From an uncultured delta proteobacterium (lineage in GTDB: Bacteria; Desulfobacterota; RBG-13-43-22): a stretch of DNA of 64,000 nt. Positions 1 through 10,183 of this stretch are shown here, in pieces. The position numbers and the translations under genes were made by a program. The stretch's first letter is position 1. Every line of letters begins with the position of its first letter. The notes beneath the pieces are model-generated. The model had not been told where the DNA came from. It ran no database searches and saw only the letters and a list, made by a program, of their open reading frames with translations. The stretch is from assembly GCA_963843145.1 (NCBI GenBank), contig CAWJJC010000002.1, forward strand, positions 96,001 to 160,000, written 5' to 3'.

Positions 1-789
1 AATTTCCAGCGGGGAAAAGATGGGGACCTCCATCCCTTCGATAGCCGTTTCTGGAACCACATGAGGGAGCTCCTGCTTTTCCAATTCCCCCAATCGGATT
101 ATCTGCACGAAAAGGTGAGCGATCTCCTCAAAGAAAAGATCGTCCCCTCGCTGACCATAACCGTTCCGGCTTTTCTGCTTTCCATTCTGGTGACCCTGCC
201 CATAGCCCTTTTTATTGCCTATTACCGGGGCACGTACCTCGACCGCCTGGCCTTGTTCCTTTGCGTTATCCTGATGAGTATCGTCATCTTGAATTACATC
301 ATCGTCGGCCAATACCTTTTGGCTGTGGTTTTTAAATACTTTCCCATTTACGGCTATGCCTTCGGTTGGGGCGCCTGGAAGTTCGTGCTGCTGCCTATCA
401 TCCTGGCCGTGGCGGCCGGACTGGGGGGAGGGGTGCGCTTTTACCGGACCGTCATGCTCAACGAGGTGCGCGCCGACTATGTCCGCACGGCCCTGGCCAA
501 GGGAGTCAGCGAGGAAGGGGTGCTTTTTCGACATGTGCTCAAAAACGCCATGATCCCCATACTGACGGTCACCGTGCTTTCTCTCCCTTTTCTCATCACC
601 GGGAGCCTCCTGCTGGAAATGTATTTCGGCATACCCGGTATGGGCAACCTGATGCTCAACGCCATCAACAGCCACGATTATCCGGTCATCCGGACCCTGG
701 TCTATATCTATTCCTTGCTCTATATTGCCGGCAGCATCCTGACGGACATCAGCTATACCCTGGTCGATCCCCGGGTGGGCTTCGAATAG
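1..789 (+). CDS. Peptide/nickel ABC transporter permease (OppB/DppB-like), 5' end probably outside the window
   Basis: Hydrophobic protein with EAA-like loop DYVRTALAKG..HVLKNA and C-terminal DISYTLVDPRV. Confidence 0.9.
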   Translation, partial: NFQRGKDGDLHPFDSRFWNHMRELLLFQFPQSDYLHEKVSDLLKEKIVPSLTITVPAFLLSILVTLPIALFIAYYRGTYLDRLALFLCVILMSIVILNYIIVGQYLLAVVFKYFPIYGYAFGWGAWKFVLLPIILAVAAGLGGGVRFYRTVMLNEVRADYVRTALAKGVSEEGVLFRHVLKNAMIPILTVTVLSLPFLITGSLLLEMYFGIPGMGNLMLNAINSHDYPVIRTLVYIYSLLYIAGSILTDISYTLVDPRVGFE

Positions 790-797
790 GCACATCC

Positions 798-1733
798 ATG
801 GCCGAATCGCATCTGAAAATCGCCGTGAAACGGATCAGGAAGGACCGACTGGCTGTGTTTGGTTTCGGCGTCATCTGTCTCTTTGCCCTGGTGGCCCTGT
901 TGGACTCGGTGCCCCTTCCCCGTCGGGACCGGGGGGGAGTTCAATGGAATCGGACCGTGCTGGACGCTCTCTGCCAGAAGGAGGTGGAACGGTCCTATTC
1001 ACCGCCCCTGGCCGTAACGGGTGTCCTCAACCGCCAAAAGTTTTCCCTGAAGTCACGTCATCTGCTGGGCACCAATAATCTCGGCGAAGACGTGCTCTAT
1101 AATGCCCTCAAGGGGGTCAGGACGGCCTTCATCATCGGGATCGTCCCGTCGGCCGTGGCCGTTTCCTTCGCCATCCTTCTCGGGCTCCTGGCCGGCTTTT
1201 ACGGCGGCTGGGTGGATGACCTCATCCAGTATGTCTACCAGGTCCTTTCCTCCATTCCGGGCATCCTCCTGCTGATCGCCATGCTCATGGTCATGGAGCG
1301 GGGGCTCTGGCAACTGTGCGTCGCCCTGGGGGTCACCTCCTGGGTGGGGCTCTGCCGGCTGATCCGGGGGGAAACCCTCAAGGTCAAAAAAATGGAATAT
1401 ATTGAAGCGGCCCGGGCCCTGGGGGCCGGGGACCTGCGCATCTTGCTCCGACACATCCTGCCCAATGTGATGTACCTGGTCATCATTGAGATGACCCTGG
1501 ATTTTTCTTCCCTGGTCATGTCCGAGACCGTACTGACCTATATCGGCATCGGGGTCGAGCCGGGGACCGGGAGTTGGGGGAGGATGATCATGATGGCCGA
1601 TCGGGAACTGCCTAATGCCATCTGGTGGAATCTCACGGCCGCCTCGGTCTTTCTTTTTGTTCTGGTGCTGGCCTTCAACCTTTTTGCCGACGCCTTGCGC
1701 GACGCTCTGGATCCGCGTTTGAGACAGGCTTGA
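798..1733 (+). CDS. Peptide ABC transporter permease (OppC/DppC-like)
   Basis: HLLGTNNLGEDV, EYIEAARALGA, RHILPN, DALRDALDPR motifs; ATG at 798 inside ORF 366..1733. Confidence 0.92.
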   Translation: MAESHLKIAVKRIRKDRLAVFGFGVICLFALVALLDSVPLPRRDRGGVQWNRTVLDALCQKEVERSYSPPLAVTGVLNRQKFSLKSRHLLGTNNLGEDVLYNALKGVRTAFIIGIVPSAVAVSFAILLGLLAGFYGGWVDDLIQYVYQVLSSIPGILLLIAMLMVMERGLWQLCVALGVTSWVGLCRLIRGETLKVKKMEYIEAARALGAGDLRILLRHILPNVMYLVIIEMTLDFSSLVMSETVLTYIGIGVEPGTGSWGRMIMMADRELPNAIWWNLTAASVFLFVLVLAFNLFADALRDALDPRLRQA

Positions 1734-2093
1734 GTGGCTATGAGCTTTTGGTTGTTCGCCCTTTTCGGCGGGTGGCCGCAATATTCAGTAGGTCACTCTG
1801 TGATCGGGCCTTCGTGGCCGCCGGGTCTCGACGAAAAGGTTTTCCAGATTTCTTTTTCGGTTCTAACCCGGCCCCCATGTTTTCAAATTTTCCAGGAGGC
1901 AGGGCCGGCCAGGAAGGTGTCAAGCGTCTCGGAGTATGGGCCTGCTTTAAATAAATTTAGTCAGTTAGGCCAGGATTCGAAGTCCGGAGTATCTTTGGAA
2001 AACCTTTTCGTCGAGACCCGGCGGCCATACCGGATAGGGGGGATACTCCCAAAGGGGCGAAGGCGCATTTTTTGAAAGGCCAGGCTGAAATCA

Positions 2094-3068
2094 GTGGAAC
2101 CCGTACTCGATATCGAAAATCTGAAAACGTATTTTTTCACCGATGAAGGGGTGGCCCGGGCCGTGGACGGGGTCTCGCTGCGCGTGGGGAAGAATCGGAC
2201 CTTGGGAGTGGTCGGCGAATCCGGGTGCGGTAAATCCGTCACGGCCCTGTCCATTCTTCGGTTGATCCCTTCCCCTCCCGGCCGGATCGTCGGAGGCCGT
2301 CTGACGCTTTCCGGCCGGGAACTCCTGTCGCTGCCGGAAGTGGAAATGCGCCGTATCAGGGGACGCCTGGCTTCCATGATCTTTCAGGAGCCCATGACCA
2401 GCCTGAACCCGGTCTTAACCATCGGCCTGCAGATCGTGGAGGCCGTGCGTCTCCACACCAGGCGGGGAAAAGCGGAGGCCCGGGAGATCGCCGTGGAATA
2501 TCTGGCCAAGGTCGGGATCCCCGCCCCGCGACAGCGGATGGGGCAATATCCCCATCAACTGTCGGGCGGCATGAAGCAGCGGGTGATGATCGCCATGGCC
2601 CTCTGCCTCAACCCCCGGTTACTGATCGCCGACGAGCCGACCACGGCCCTGGACGTCACCATCCAGGCCGGGATCTTGAGACTGATCAAAGACCTGCAAG
2701 CCGAGAGCGGCATGGCCGTGCTGCTGATTACCCATGACTTGGGGGTCGTGGCCGAGATGGCCGACGAAGTGGCCGTGATGTACGCCGGAAAAGTGGTGGA
2801 GTCCGGCCCCTGCCAGGCCATTTTTTCATCCTTTCGGCATCCTTATACGGAGGGGCTTTTCAAAAGTCTCCCCGGTCGGGCCGAGCGGGGCCAACGTCTC
2901 CAGACCATCGCCGGGACCGTGCCTTCGGCCACTAGATTTCCGTCCGGCTGCCGATTCCACACCCGTTGTCCCCTGGTCATCGAGCGCTGTCGGAGCGAAG
3001 AACCGCCGCTGAGTGAATTCGATCCGGGGCGGAAGTGTGCCTGTTGGGTCCGTTGCGGGGAGGGCTGA
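2094..3068 (+). CDS. Peptide ABC transporter ATP-binding protein (OppD/DppD-like)
   Basis: Walker [28 protein letters not shown]-terminal GCRFHTRC. Confidence 0.95.
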   Translation: MEPVLDIENLKTYFFTDEGVARAVDGVSLRVGKNRTLGVVGESGCGKSVTALSILRLIPSPPGRIVGGRLTLSGRELLSLPEVEMRRIRGRLASMIFQEPMTSLNPVLTIGLQIVEAVRLHTRRGKAEAREIAVEYLAKVGIPAPRQRMGQYPHQLSGGMKQRVMIAMALCLNPRLLIADEPTTALDVTIQAGILRLIKDLQAESGMAVLLITHDLGVVAEMADEVAVMYAGKVVESGPCQAIFSSFRHPYTEGLFKSLPGRAERGQRLQTIAGTVPSATRFPSGCRFHTRCPLVIERCRSEEPPLSEFDPGRKCACWVRCGEG

Positions 3069-3070
3069 AG

Positions 3071-4012
3071 GTGCTGGAAATTCGAGATTTAAAAATGCAT
3101 TTTCCGGTGAAGCAGGGGTTCCTGCGGCGCCCCGCGGGCCGGGTCAAGGCCGTGGACGGGGTTTCCTTCTCCATCGGCCGGGGAGAGACCCTGGGCCTGG
3201 TGGGAGAATCCGGCTGCGGCAAGACCACCGTGGGCAAATGCGTGGTCCGGCTCCTGCGCCCCAGCGGCGGGAGCATCCTCTTTGAGGGCCGGGATATTGC
3301 CGCGCTGGACCGGAAGGCGCTCAAGGAATATCGAAGGAGAATGCAGATCGTTTTCCAGGACCCCTTCGGTTCCCTTAATCCCCGGATGACGGTTTCCGAC
3401 ATCGTCGGAGAGGGACCGGCTATACTGGGAGATCCTTCGAGGGAGAAGCGGGTCCTGGAACTGCTTGAGATTGTCGGCCTCTCCCCGGAAGACGGGTCGC
3501 GTTATCCCCACGAATTTTCCGGGGGGCAGCGGCAGCGGATCGGCATCGCCCGGGCCCTGGCCGTAGGACCCTCCTTTCTCGTTTGTGATGAGCCCGTCTC
3601 GGCGCTGGACGTGTCCATCCAAGCCCAGATCCTGAACCTGCTGGAAGAGCTTCAGGAGAAATTCTCCCTCTCTTATCTGATCGTAGCCCACGACCTGTCG
3701 GTCGTGCGACACATAGCCGACAAAGTGGTGGTCATGTATGTAGGCCAGATCATGGAAGAGGCGCCCACGGAGGAGCTTTTCGCGCGACCCCTCCATCCCT
3801 ACAGCCGGGTCCTTTTCTCTTCCATCCCTTCATTGGATCCTTCCCGGCGGGGCGGTCTGAAACCAATACCCGGTGAGCCCCCCTCGCCCGTGGATCCCCC
3901 ACCGGGCTGCCGGTTCGCCTCCCGTTGCCCGCAGCGCATGGACATATGCCGGGAGGGGGAGATTGCGCTGATCGAGGTTTCCCCCCACCACCGGGTCCGC
4001 TGTCTGCTTTAA
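3071..4012 (+). CDS. Peptide ABC transporter ATP-binding protein (OppF/DppF-like)
   Basis: GESGCGKT, YPHEFSGGQRQR, CDEPVSALD; start codon uncertain (GTG 3071). Confidence 0.93.
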   Translation: MLEIRDLKMHFPVKQGFLRRPAGRVKAVDGVSFSIGRGETLGLVGESGCGKTTVGKCVVRLLRPSGGSILFEGRDIAALDRKALKEYRRRMQIVFQDPFGSLNPRMTVSDIVGEGPAILGDPSREKRVLELLEIVGLSPEDGSRYPHEFSGGQRQRIGIARALAVGPSFLVCDEPVSALDVSIQAQILNLLEELQEKFSLSYLIVAHDLSVVRHIADKVVVMYVGQIMEEAPTEELFARPLHPYSRVLFSSIPSLDPSRRGGLKPIPGEPPSPVDPPPGCRFASRCPQRMDICREGEIALIEVSPHHRVRCLL

Positions 4013-4422
4013 TGTGAGATCAAATAGGCAATAAACTCCGCTTCCAACTGGTCAACCGTCCGGCTGAAAACCTGCTGAAAAGCATCAGCAAAAGGGATCC
4101 CCGAACCCACTTTGGTCAGCACCGCTTTTGCCTGGCTCACACCCTTCTGAGTAATCAGGTAATCCAGGACGACAGCCGCTTCGAGGTAAATCCAGTCTTT
4201 ATTCGGAGTGGCCGTCTGGGCCGTCCATTGGGACTCGGTGGTCAGGGCCTGGAGAGAGATCCATTGCCCTGTCTGAACACCGGTCTTAACCTGGTTCCAA
4301 ATCAGAGGTAGGTAGATGGTTGCGTGAGCGGAAGAAAACGAAACGGCTTCCATCATTAGAATAGATACAGGGAAAACAAGTAATATGCTCTTGGCTTTTT
4401 TTAATTGGTCTCCTTTGAGCAT
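4009..4422 (-). CDS. Hypothetical exported protein; possible remnant of a peptidase MA-like C-terminal region
   Basis: Signal-like N-terminus ending AHA, then TIYLPLIW; C-terminal F..AFQQVF...DQLEAEF..Y pattern. Confidence 0.45.
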   Translation of the reverse strand: MLKGDQLKKAKSILLVFPVSILMMEAVSFSSAHATIYLPLIWNQVKTGVQTGQWISLQALTTESQWTAQTATPNKDWIYLEAAVVLDYLITQKGVSQAKAVLTKVGSGIPFADAFQQVFSRTVDQLEAEFIAYLISH

Positions 4423-4798
4423 TTTCAGGCTTCGCGGCTGCCTTGAGGGGAATGGCGGTTTAATCGGAATATTCTTCGAGACGGGCCGAGTGTAGAATAG
4501 GGTGAAAGGGCGGTCAAGAAGAAAAAACGAAGAGAAAACAGTGAAGTATAAGGGTGTTAAGGGGTTTCGGGCGGGTCAGCCGGGTAGTAAAGAGGTCGGG
4601 TTTTGTCCACGGACCGGGTCTGGTTGACAATGATGTTAGCATCAGCTCCCAGATGGAAAACTGAACGTTCTCCTTGCCGGCGAAAAAAATTTGAATAAAT
4701 TAGAATAATAAGTTAAATTAATAAATTGGGCTGAAAGGGATAGGGCCGTCCATTTTACTATCCCGGTCGTTCTTAAAAGATCGGATTTATTTAGCGTT

Positions 4799-6145
4799 AT
4801 GTCTTTCACCGAAAAAATTTATACCGTTTCCGAGCTGACCCGGGAGATCAAGGAAATCCTGGAGGAGGAGTTCCCCTTCATCTGGGTGGAAGGGGAGATC
4901 TCCAATTTCCGGGTGCCGCCAAGCGGCCATTTTTATTTCACCCTCAAGGACGCGGCCAGCCAACTGCGGGCGGTTTTCTTTCGGTCCGGCCAGGGGAGCC
5001 TCAACTTCGTCCCGGAAGACGGGCTCCAGGTGTTGTGCCTGGGACGGGTCAGCGTCTACGCCGGGCGGGGTGAGTACCAGGTCATCCTGGAACGGATGGA
5101 GCTGAAGGGCTGGGGCGCTCTGCAGTTGGCTTTCGAGCGGCTCAAGGAAAAGCTGCAAAAGGAAGGACTTTTCGATCCGGAGCGGAAGAAGCCCCTACCG
5201 GTCCTGCCCCGGAAGGTGGCCGTGGTCACTTCACCGACGGGGGCGGCGGTCCGGGATTTCCTGAGGATCCTCTACCGGCGGTTTGAAAATATTCAAACCT
5301 TTATTTTTCCGGTTTTGGTTCAGGGGGAAAAGGCCTCGAATGAGATTGCCGAGGCGATAGCCAAAATAAACGATTCCGACCTGGGAATTGAAGTCATTAT
5401 CCTGGCCAGGGGAGGGGGGTCGATCGAAGATTTGTGGGCTTTTAATGAAGAGCGGGTGGCCCGGGCCATGGCCGCCTCGGTCATCCCGATCATCTCCGCC
5501 GTGGGGCATGAGGTGGATTTTACCATCGCCGATTTTGTAGCCGACCTGCGGGCCTCCACGCCCTCGGCGGCGGCGGAAATCCTGGTCCGGCCTCAGGGGG
5601 AGCTGGAAACGGAACTGGATGATTTTCAGGCCCGTCTGGAATGGCTGTTGGCCCAAAAAGTGAGTCGTCTGCAGGAAAAACTTTTTCATCTGCGGAAACG
5701 CCTGGCTGACCCCCGCCGCCGCTGGCTGGAGGTAGCTCAACGTTTGGATGATGGAGCGGTCCGGCTGCGGCTGGCCTTGATGGGCGGTCTTCAGCAAAAA
5801 GCCAACCGCTTGGGGTGGACCGGAGAGCGGTTGTTCGGCCTCAGCCCCAGGGAAACCATAAATGTACGCGGGGCCCAGTTGGCCACCATGCTGTTCAAGC
5901 TCCAGGGGCACTCCCGACAACTGGTCCACCGCTGGGAACTGGAAATGAAACGGGCCGAAAATACGCTCCGGGCCTTGAGCCCTTGGGCCGTCCTCTCCCG
6001 GGGCTACGCCCTGGCCCGAACCCTGCCGGAACTGCGGGTTATTCGGGAAGTGGATCACCTCCGGCCGGGACAGGCCATCCGGGTCCAGGTGGCCCGGGGG
6101 GCAGTGGATTGCCGGGTCGAGGAAGTACTAACCAAAAATGAATGA
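4799..6145 (+). CDS. xseA: Exodeoxyribonuclease VII large subunit
   Basis: WVEGEISNF, SGHFYFTLKD, ARGGGSIEDLWAFNEE, AVGHEVDFTIADFVAD. Confidence 0.97.
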   Translation: MSFTEKIYTVSELTREIKEILEEEFPFIWVEGEISNFRVPPSGHFYFTLKDAASQLRAVFFRSGQGSLNFVPEDGLQVLCLGRVSVYAGRGEYQVILERMELKGWGALQLAFERLKEKLQKEGLFDPERKKPLPVLPRKVAVVTSPTGAAVRDFLRILYRRFENIQTFIFPVLVQGEKASNEIAEAIAKINDSDLGIEVIILARGGGSIEDLWAFNEERVARAMAASVIPIISAVGHEVDFTIADFVADLRASTPSAAAEILVRPQGELETELDDFQARLEWLLAQKVSRLQEKLFHLRKRLADPRRRWLEVAQRLDDGAVRLRLALMGGLQQKANRLGWTGERLFGLSPRETINVRGAQLATMLFKLQGHSRQLVHRWELEMKRAENTLRALSPWAVLSRGYALARTLPELRVIREVDHLRPGQAIRVQVARGAVDCRVEEVLTKNE

Positions 6146-6277
6146 AAGTTTGTCTCTAATAGAAACCACTGCATCAGATGAAGAAGTAGCCTTTTAATTT
6201 TTAGATTCTTACATCCATTGTTAGAGACAAATTCTCAGAACAATGGATGTAAGAATCTAACAGGGAGGAACAATCCG

Positions 6278-6541
6278 TTGGCTAAGGAAACCTTTGAGGA
6301 TTCTTTTAAAAAGTTAGAGAAAATTATTGCTAAGATGGAGGGCGGGGACCTTCCCTTGGAGGAGACCCTTAAGCTATATGAAGAGGGGATGCGTCTCTAC
6401 ACTCATTGTTCCCAGAAATTGACTGAGGTTCAAAAAAAAGTGGAACTGCTCAGCCAGACCTCGGAAGGCAAGCTGGCGGGAAAGCCTTTTCCGATGGAGG
6501 AGGGAGAGGAGGATCGAGACGGGGGGATAACGGGTAGCTAA
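6278..6541 (+). CDS. xseB: Exodeoxyribonuclease VII small subunit
   Basis: FEDSFKKLEKII..ME.GDLPLEE.LKLYEEG; TTG start after GGAGG. Confidence 0.93.
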   Translation: MAKETFEDSFKKLEKIIAKMEGGDLPLEETLKLYEEGMRLYTHCSQKLTEVQKKVELLSQTSEGKLAGKPFPMEEGEEDRDGGITGS

Positions 6542-6591
6542 AACGAGGGGAAAACAGATTTCGAATTCATGGATTAAACCCCCAGGCACTT

Positions 6592-7515
6592 ATGGATATT
6601 AACGTAAAAACCTTGCAATTAAGCTCGGGAGTGAGTCGATTGTTGGACGACTACCGGGAGCGGATAAACCTGGCCCTCCGGAGAAATCTGACGGACCCGA
6701 ATCGCTTCACCCATCGGGTTTTTAAGGCCATGGAATACAGCTTGTTCGCCGGCGGAAAGCGGCTGCGGCCCATCCTCTGCCTGCTGGCCTGCCGGCTGGT
6801 GAAGGGCCGGGCGGTCCAGGCCCTGCCGTTCGCCTGTGCCCTGGAATATATCCACACCTATTCCCTGATCCATGATGATCTCCCGGCCCTGGATAACGAC
6901 GATTTCCGTCGCGGGCGGCCCAGTTGCCATAGAAAGTTCGGAGAGGCCACGGCCATCCTGGCCGGAGATGCTTTACTGACCGAGGCCTTTTCCCTGCTGA
7001 GCAGCCTCCGGTATTTGAAGGCTGTCTCCCCGGAAATCCGGCTGCAGTTGATCCGGGAAATTGCCCTGGCCTCCGGCCTGTCCGGTATGATCGGCGGACA
7101 GGAAGCCGATCTGGCCGGGGAGAAAAAAAAGGTTTCTCTGGCCTACCTGCAGGACCTGCAGCAAAAGAAAACCGGGGCCCTGATAACGGCCTCTCTGGTT
7201 GGCGGCGGGCTGATCGGCGGGGCAGACTCGGAGACGCTGAGGACGTTGCGCCAATTTGGCCTAAGAATCGGCCTGGCTTTTCAAATCCGGGACGACCTTT
7301 TAAACGTGGAAGGCCTATTCCAGGTTACCGGTAAAGTCTCGGGAACCGACGCCCAGCGTAACAAAGCGACCTATCCGGCGAAGGTCGGGGTAGGGGTCTC
7401 CAGGGAAACGGCCCGAGGCCTGGTGGAGCAGGCGGTGGAAATCCTCCGGCCTTTTGGTCGAAAGGCTCGACCTCTGGCGGAAATAGGCTATTACATAATC
7501 TCCAGAAACCGATAG
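6592..7515 (+). CDS. ispA: Farnesyl/geranylgeranyl diphosphate synthase
   Basis: GGKRLRP, SLIHDDLPALDNDDFRRG, FQIRDD; xseB-ispA-dxs synteny. Confidence 0.95.
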   Translation: MDINVKTLQLSSGVSRLLDDYRERINLALRRNLTDPNRFTHRVFKAMEYSLFAGGKRLRPILCLLACRLVKGRAVQALPFACALEYIHTYSLIHDDLPALDNDDFRRGRPSCHRKFGEATAILAGDALLTEAFSLLSSLRYLKAVSPEIRLQLIREIALASGLSGMIGGQEADLAGEKKKVSLAYLQDLQQKKTGALITASLVGGGLIGGADSETLRTLRQFGLRIGLAFQIRDDLLNVEGLFQVTGKVSGTDAQRNKATYPAKVGVGVSRETARGLVEQAVEILRPFGRKARPLAEIGYYIISRNR

Positions 7516-7520
7516 AACCG

Positions 7521-9449
7521 ATGGAAACGAAGAATAGCGCAAACCAATCGATACTACCCTCCGGGGTATTAGCCACCCTCGCCGGTCCGGAGGAACTGAA
7601 ACGGTTTTCTTTGACCCAATTAAAGGAACTGGCCGAAGAAATCAGGACGGTAATTATTCAAACCGTGGCCCGCAACGGCGGGCATCTGGCGCCCAATTTG
7701 GGGGTGGTGGAATTGACCCTGGCCCTTCATTATGTCTTCAACAGTCCGCGGGATAAGATCATCTGGGACGTTGGGCATCAATGTTATACCCATAAACTGT
7801 TGACCGGTCGGGCCGGCGTTTTTTCGACTTTGAGGACCTGCGGGGGTCTGAGCGGCTTCCCCAAAAGGGAGGAAAGTCCCCATGATGCCTTTAATACCGG
7901 TCACAGCGGGACTTCCATTTCCGCGGCCCTGGGGATTGCCACCGCCAAGGACTTGAAGCGCGAGGCCGCCAAAGTGGTGGCTGTTATCGGGGACGGTTCC
8001 CTGACCGCCGGAGAAGCCTTTGAAGGGTTGAATCAGGCCGGGCACTTGAATAAGGACCTGATCGTAGTCCTCAATGATAATGAGATGTCCATTTCCAATA
8101 ATGTGGGCGCCCTTTCTTCCTTCCTGAGTAAACGCTTGACCGGCAAAGGTTTTGTTCAGTTCAAACGGGAAATGGAATCGTTTTTTAAGTCCCTGCCGGG
8201 GATTGGAGAATCGATCCTCCAGTGGGCCAAAAAAAGTGAGGATTCCCTCACCGGGTTTTTTACGCCGGGGATGCTTTTTTCGGCCCTCCATTTCGATTAC
8301 GTGGGGCCGGTCAGAGGGCACCGACTGGAAGCCCTCATCGAGACCTTCGAAAATATCCGCCATTTGGAAGCCCCGGTTTTGGTCCATGTTCTGACCACTA
8401 AAGGGAAGGGCTATCCTCCGGCGGAAAAGGACCCCACCCGGTTCCACGGGGTCGGCCCTTTTGAGATTGAGAGCGGGGAGCCTCTCGGGCTGAAAAACGG
8501 CGCTCCGGTCACCTATACCCGGGTTTTCGGGGATACGGTAACGGCCCTGGCTGAGAAGGACTTCCGGGTGGTAGCCGTTACCGCCGCTATGACCGAAGGT
8601 ACGGGGTTGGATGAATTTGCCCGGCGCTTTCCCCGGCGATTTTTTGACGTAGGGATCGCCGAGCAGCATGCCGTCACCTTTGCCGCCGGGTTGGCCTCCG
8701 AAGGGTTGAGACCCATCGTGGCCATTTACTCGACCTTTATGCAGCGGGCCTACGACCAGATCCTGCATGATGTCTGCCTGCCCGACTTGCCGGTTATATT
8801 GGCCCTGGACCGGAGTGGGATTGTGGGAGAGGATGGTCCCACCCACCAGGGACTGTTTGACCTTTCCTACCTTCGCCCGCTCCCCAACCTGACGGTGATG
8901 GCCCCCAAGGATGAAAGGGAGCTGCGGAACCTGTTGGCCTCGGCCCTGACCTATGATACTCCGGCGGCTATCCGCTACCCGCGGGGGGAAGGTCTGGGGG
9001 TCCCACTGGAAGGAGACCCGGACATCATTCCCCGGGGGCAGTGGGAATGGCTGGAAGCCGGGGAGCAGACTGCGATCCTGGCTGTGGGAAATATGGTCAC
9101 CCCGGCCCTGCAGGCGTCTCGCCTGTTGAAGGACGAGGGGATTTCCGCGGCCGTGATCAATGCGCGTTTCATCAAACCCCTGGATGAGGCCCTGCTTCAG
9201 GAACTGGCCGCACGGTTCCCGCTGCTGTTTACGGTGGAGGAAAATGTCCTGCTCGGGGGATTTGGAAGTGCTGTGCTGGAGGCCCTGCAGCGTTTGGGAA
9301 GAACAGGGAACCGGATCCGGTCCCTGGGGGTCCCCGATCGCTTTATCACGCACGGCAGTCCCCGGGAACTACGACGACTCTGCGGTCTGGACACCGAGGG
9401 GATCATTCAAGCCATCCGGGAGGAATGGAGTGGCCCCTCCCGCGGCTAA
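7521..9449 (+). CDS. dxs: 1-deoxy-D-xylulose-5-phosphate synthase
   Basis: GGHLAPNLG, WDVGHQCY.HK, GDGSLT, DVGIAEQHA, GEDGPTHQG. Confidence 0.98.
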   Translation: METKNSANQSILPSGVLATLAGPEELKRFSLTQLKELAEEIRTVIIQTVARNGGHLAPNLGVVELTLALHYVFNSPRDKIIWDVGHQCYTHKLLTGRAGVFSTLRTCGGLSGFPKREESPHDAFNTGHSGTSISAALGIATAKDLKREAAKVVAVIGDGSLTAGEAFEGLNQAGHLNKDLIVVLNDNEMSISNNVGALSSFLSKRLTGKGFVQFKREMESFFKSLPGIGESILQWAKKSEDSLTGFFTPGMLFSALHFDYVGPVRGHRLEALIETFENIRHLEAPVLVHVLTTKGKGYPPAEKDPTRFHGVGPFEIESGEPLGLKNGAPVTYTRVFGDTVTALAEKDFRVVAVTAAMTEGTGLDEFARRFPRRFFDVGIAEQHAVTFAAGLASEGLRPIVAIYSTFMQRAYDQILHDVCLPDLPVILALDRSGIVGEDGPTHQGLFDLSYLRPLPNLTVMAPKDERELRNLLASALTYDTPAAIRYPRGEGLGVPLEGDPDIIPRGQWEWLEAGEQTAILAVGNMVTPALQASRLLKDEGISAAVINARFIKPLDEALLQELAARFPLLFTVEENVLLGGFGSAVLEALQRLGRTGNRIRSLGVPDRFITHGSPRELRRLCGLDTEGIIQAIREEWSGPSRG

Positions 9450-10180
9450 ACGACGATTGGACCACCTGCTGTTGGAAAGGGGGCTGGCCACTTCCCTGGA
9501 AAAAGCCAAGGCCTTGATTTATGCCGGGGCGGTCTGGATAGACCGGACCCCGTCGGTCAAGCCCGGCCGAGCGGTATCCCTGGACGTCACTCTGGTGGTC
9601 AAGGAGCCCGAACACCCCTATGTGAGCCGCGGCGGGGTCAAATTAGCCGGGGCCCTGGATCACTTTAACCTGCCTGTAGGAGGAAAAATCGCCCTGGACA
9701 TAGGGGCCTCCACCGGAGGGTTCACCCATTGTTTACTCCTGCGGGGGGCCGTCCGGGTCCATGCCGTGGATGTCGGGTACGGTCAGTTGGCCTGGACGCT
9801 GAGACAGGACCCTCGGGTCCGGGTTCTGGAACGCCGCAATGCCAGGTACCTGAGCCTGGAGGATATCGGAGAAAGGGTGGATTTAATAGTGATCGACGCC
9901 TCATTTATTTCCCTGAAAATCATTATCCCCCCCCTGTTAGCCATCGTCAAGCCGGGAGGAGATATGCTCCCTCTGGTCAAACCCCAATTCGAAGTCGGCA
10001 AGGGCAAGGTGGGGAAGGGGGGAGTGGTTCGTAATCCGGAAGATCGGAAAGAGGTCCTCCAAGTCCTTGAAGGACCACTTTGAAGAATTAGGTCTCCGGG
10101 TGGCAGGACCACTGGAGTCCCCCATCTTAGGGGCTAAAGGAAACCAGGAGTATTTTTTTCATTTGAAGAAAGAGAATTGA
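9430..10180 (+). CDS. tlyA: TlyA family RNA methyltransferase, apparent frameshift near 10065-10080
   Basis: RLDHLL, YVSRGGVKL, DIGASTGGFT, VKPQFE; the conserved tail ESPILGAKGNQEYF continues in another frame to TGA 10180. Confidence 0.88.
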
Positions 10181-10183
10181 ACC

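Noticed and set aside
1734-2075. ORF between oppC and oppD
   Set aside because: No motif or RBS support; left unannotated.
7620-9353. Long antisense ORFs (577 aa here, and similar ones opposite xseA, the cyclase and aro genes)
   Set aside because: Shadow frames of GC-rich coding sequence with no recognisable motifs.
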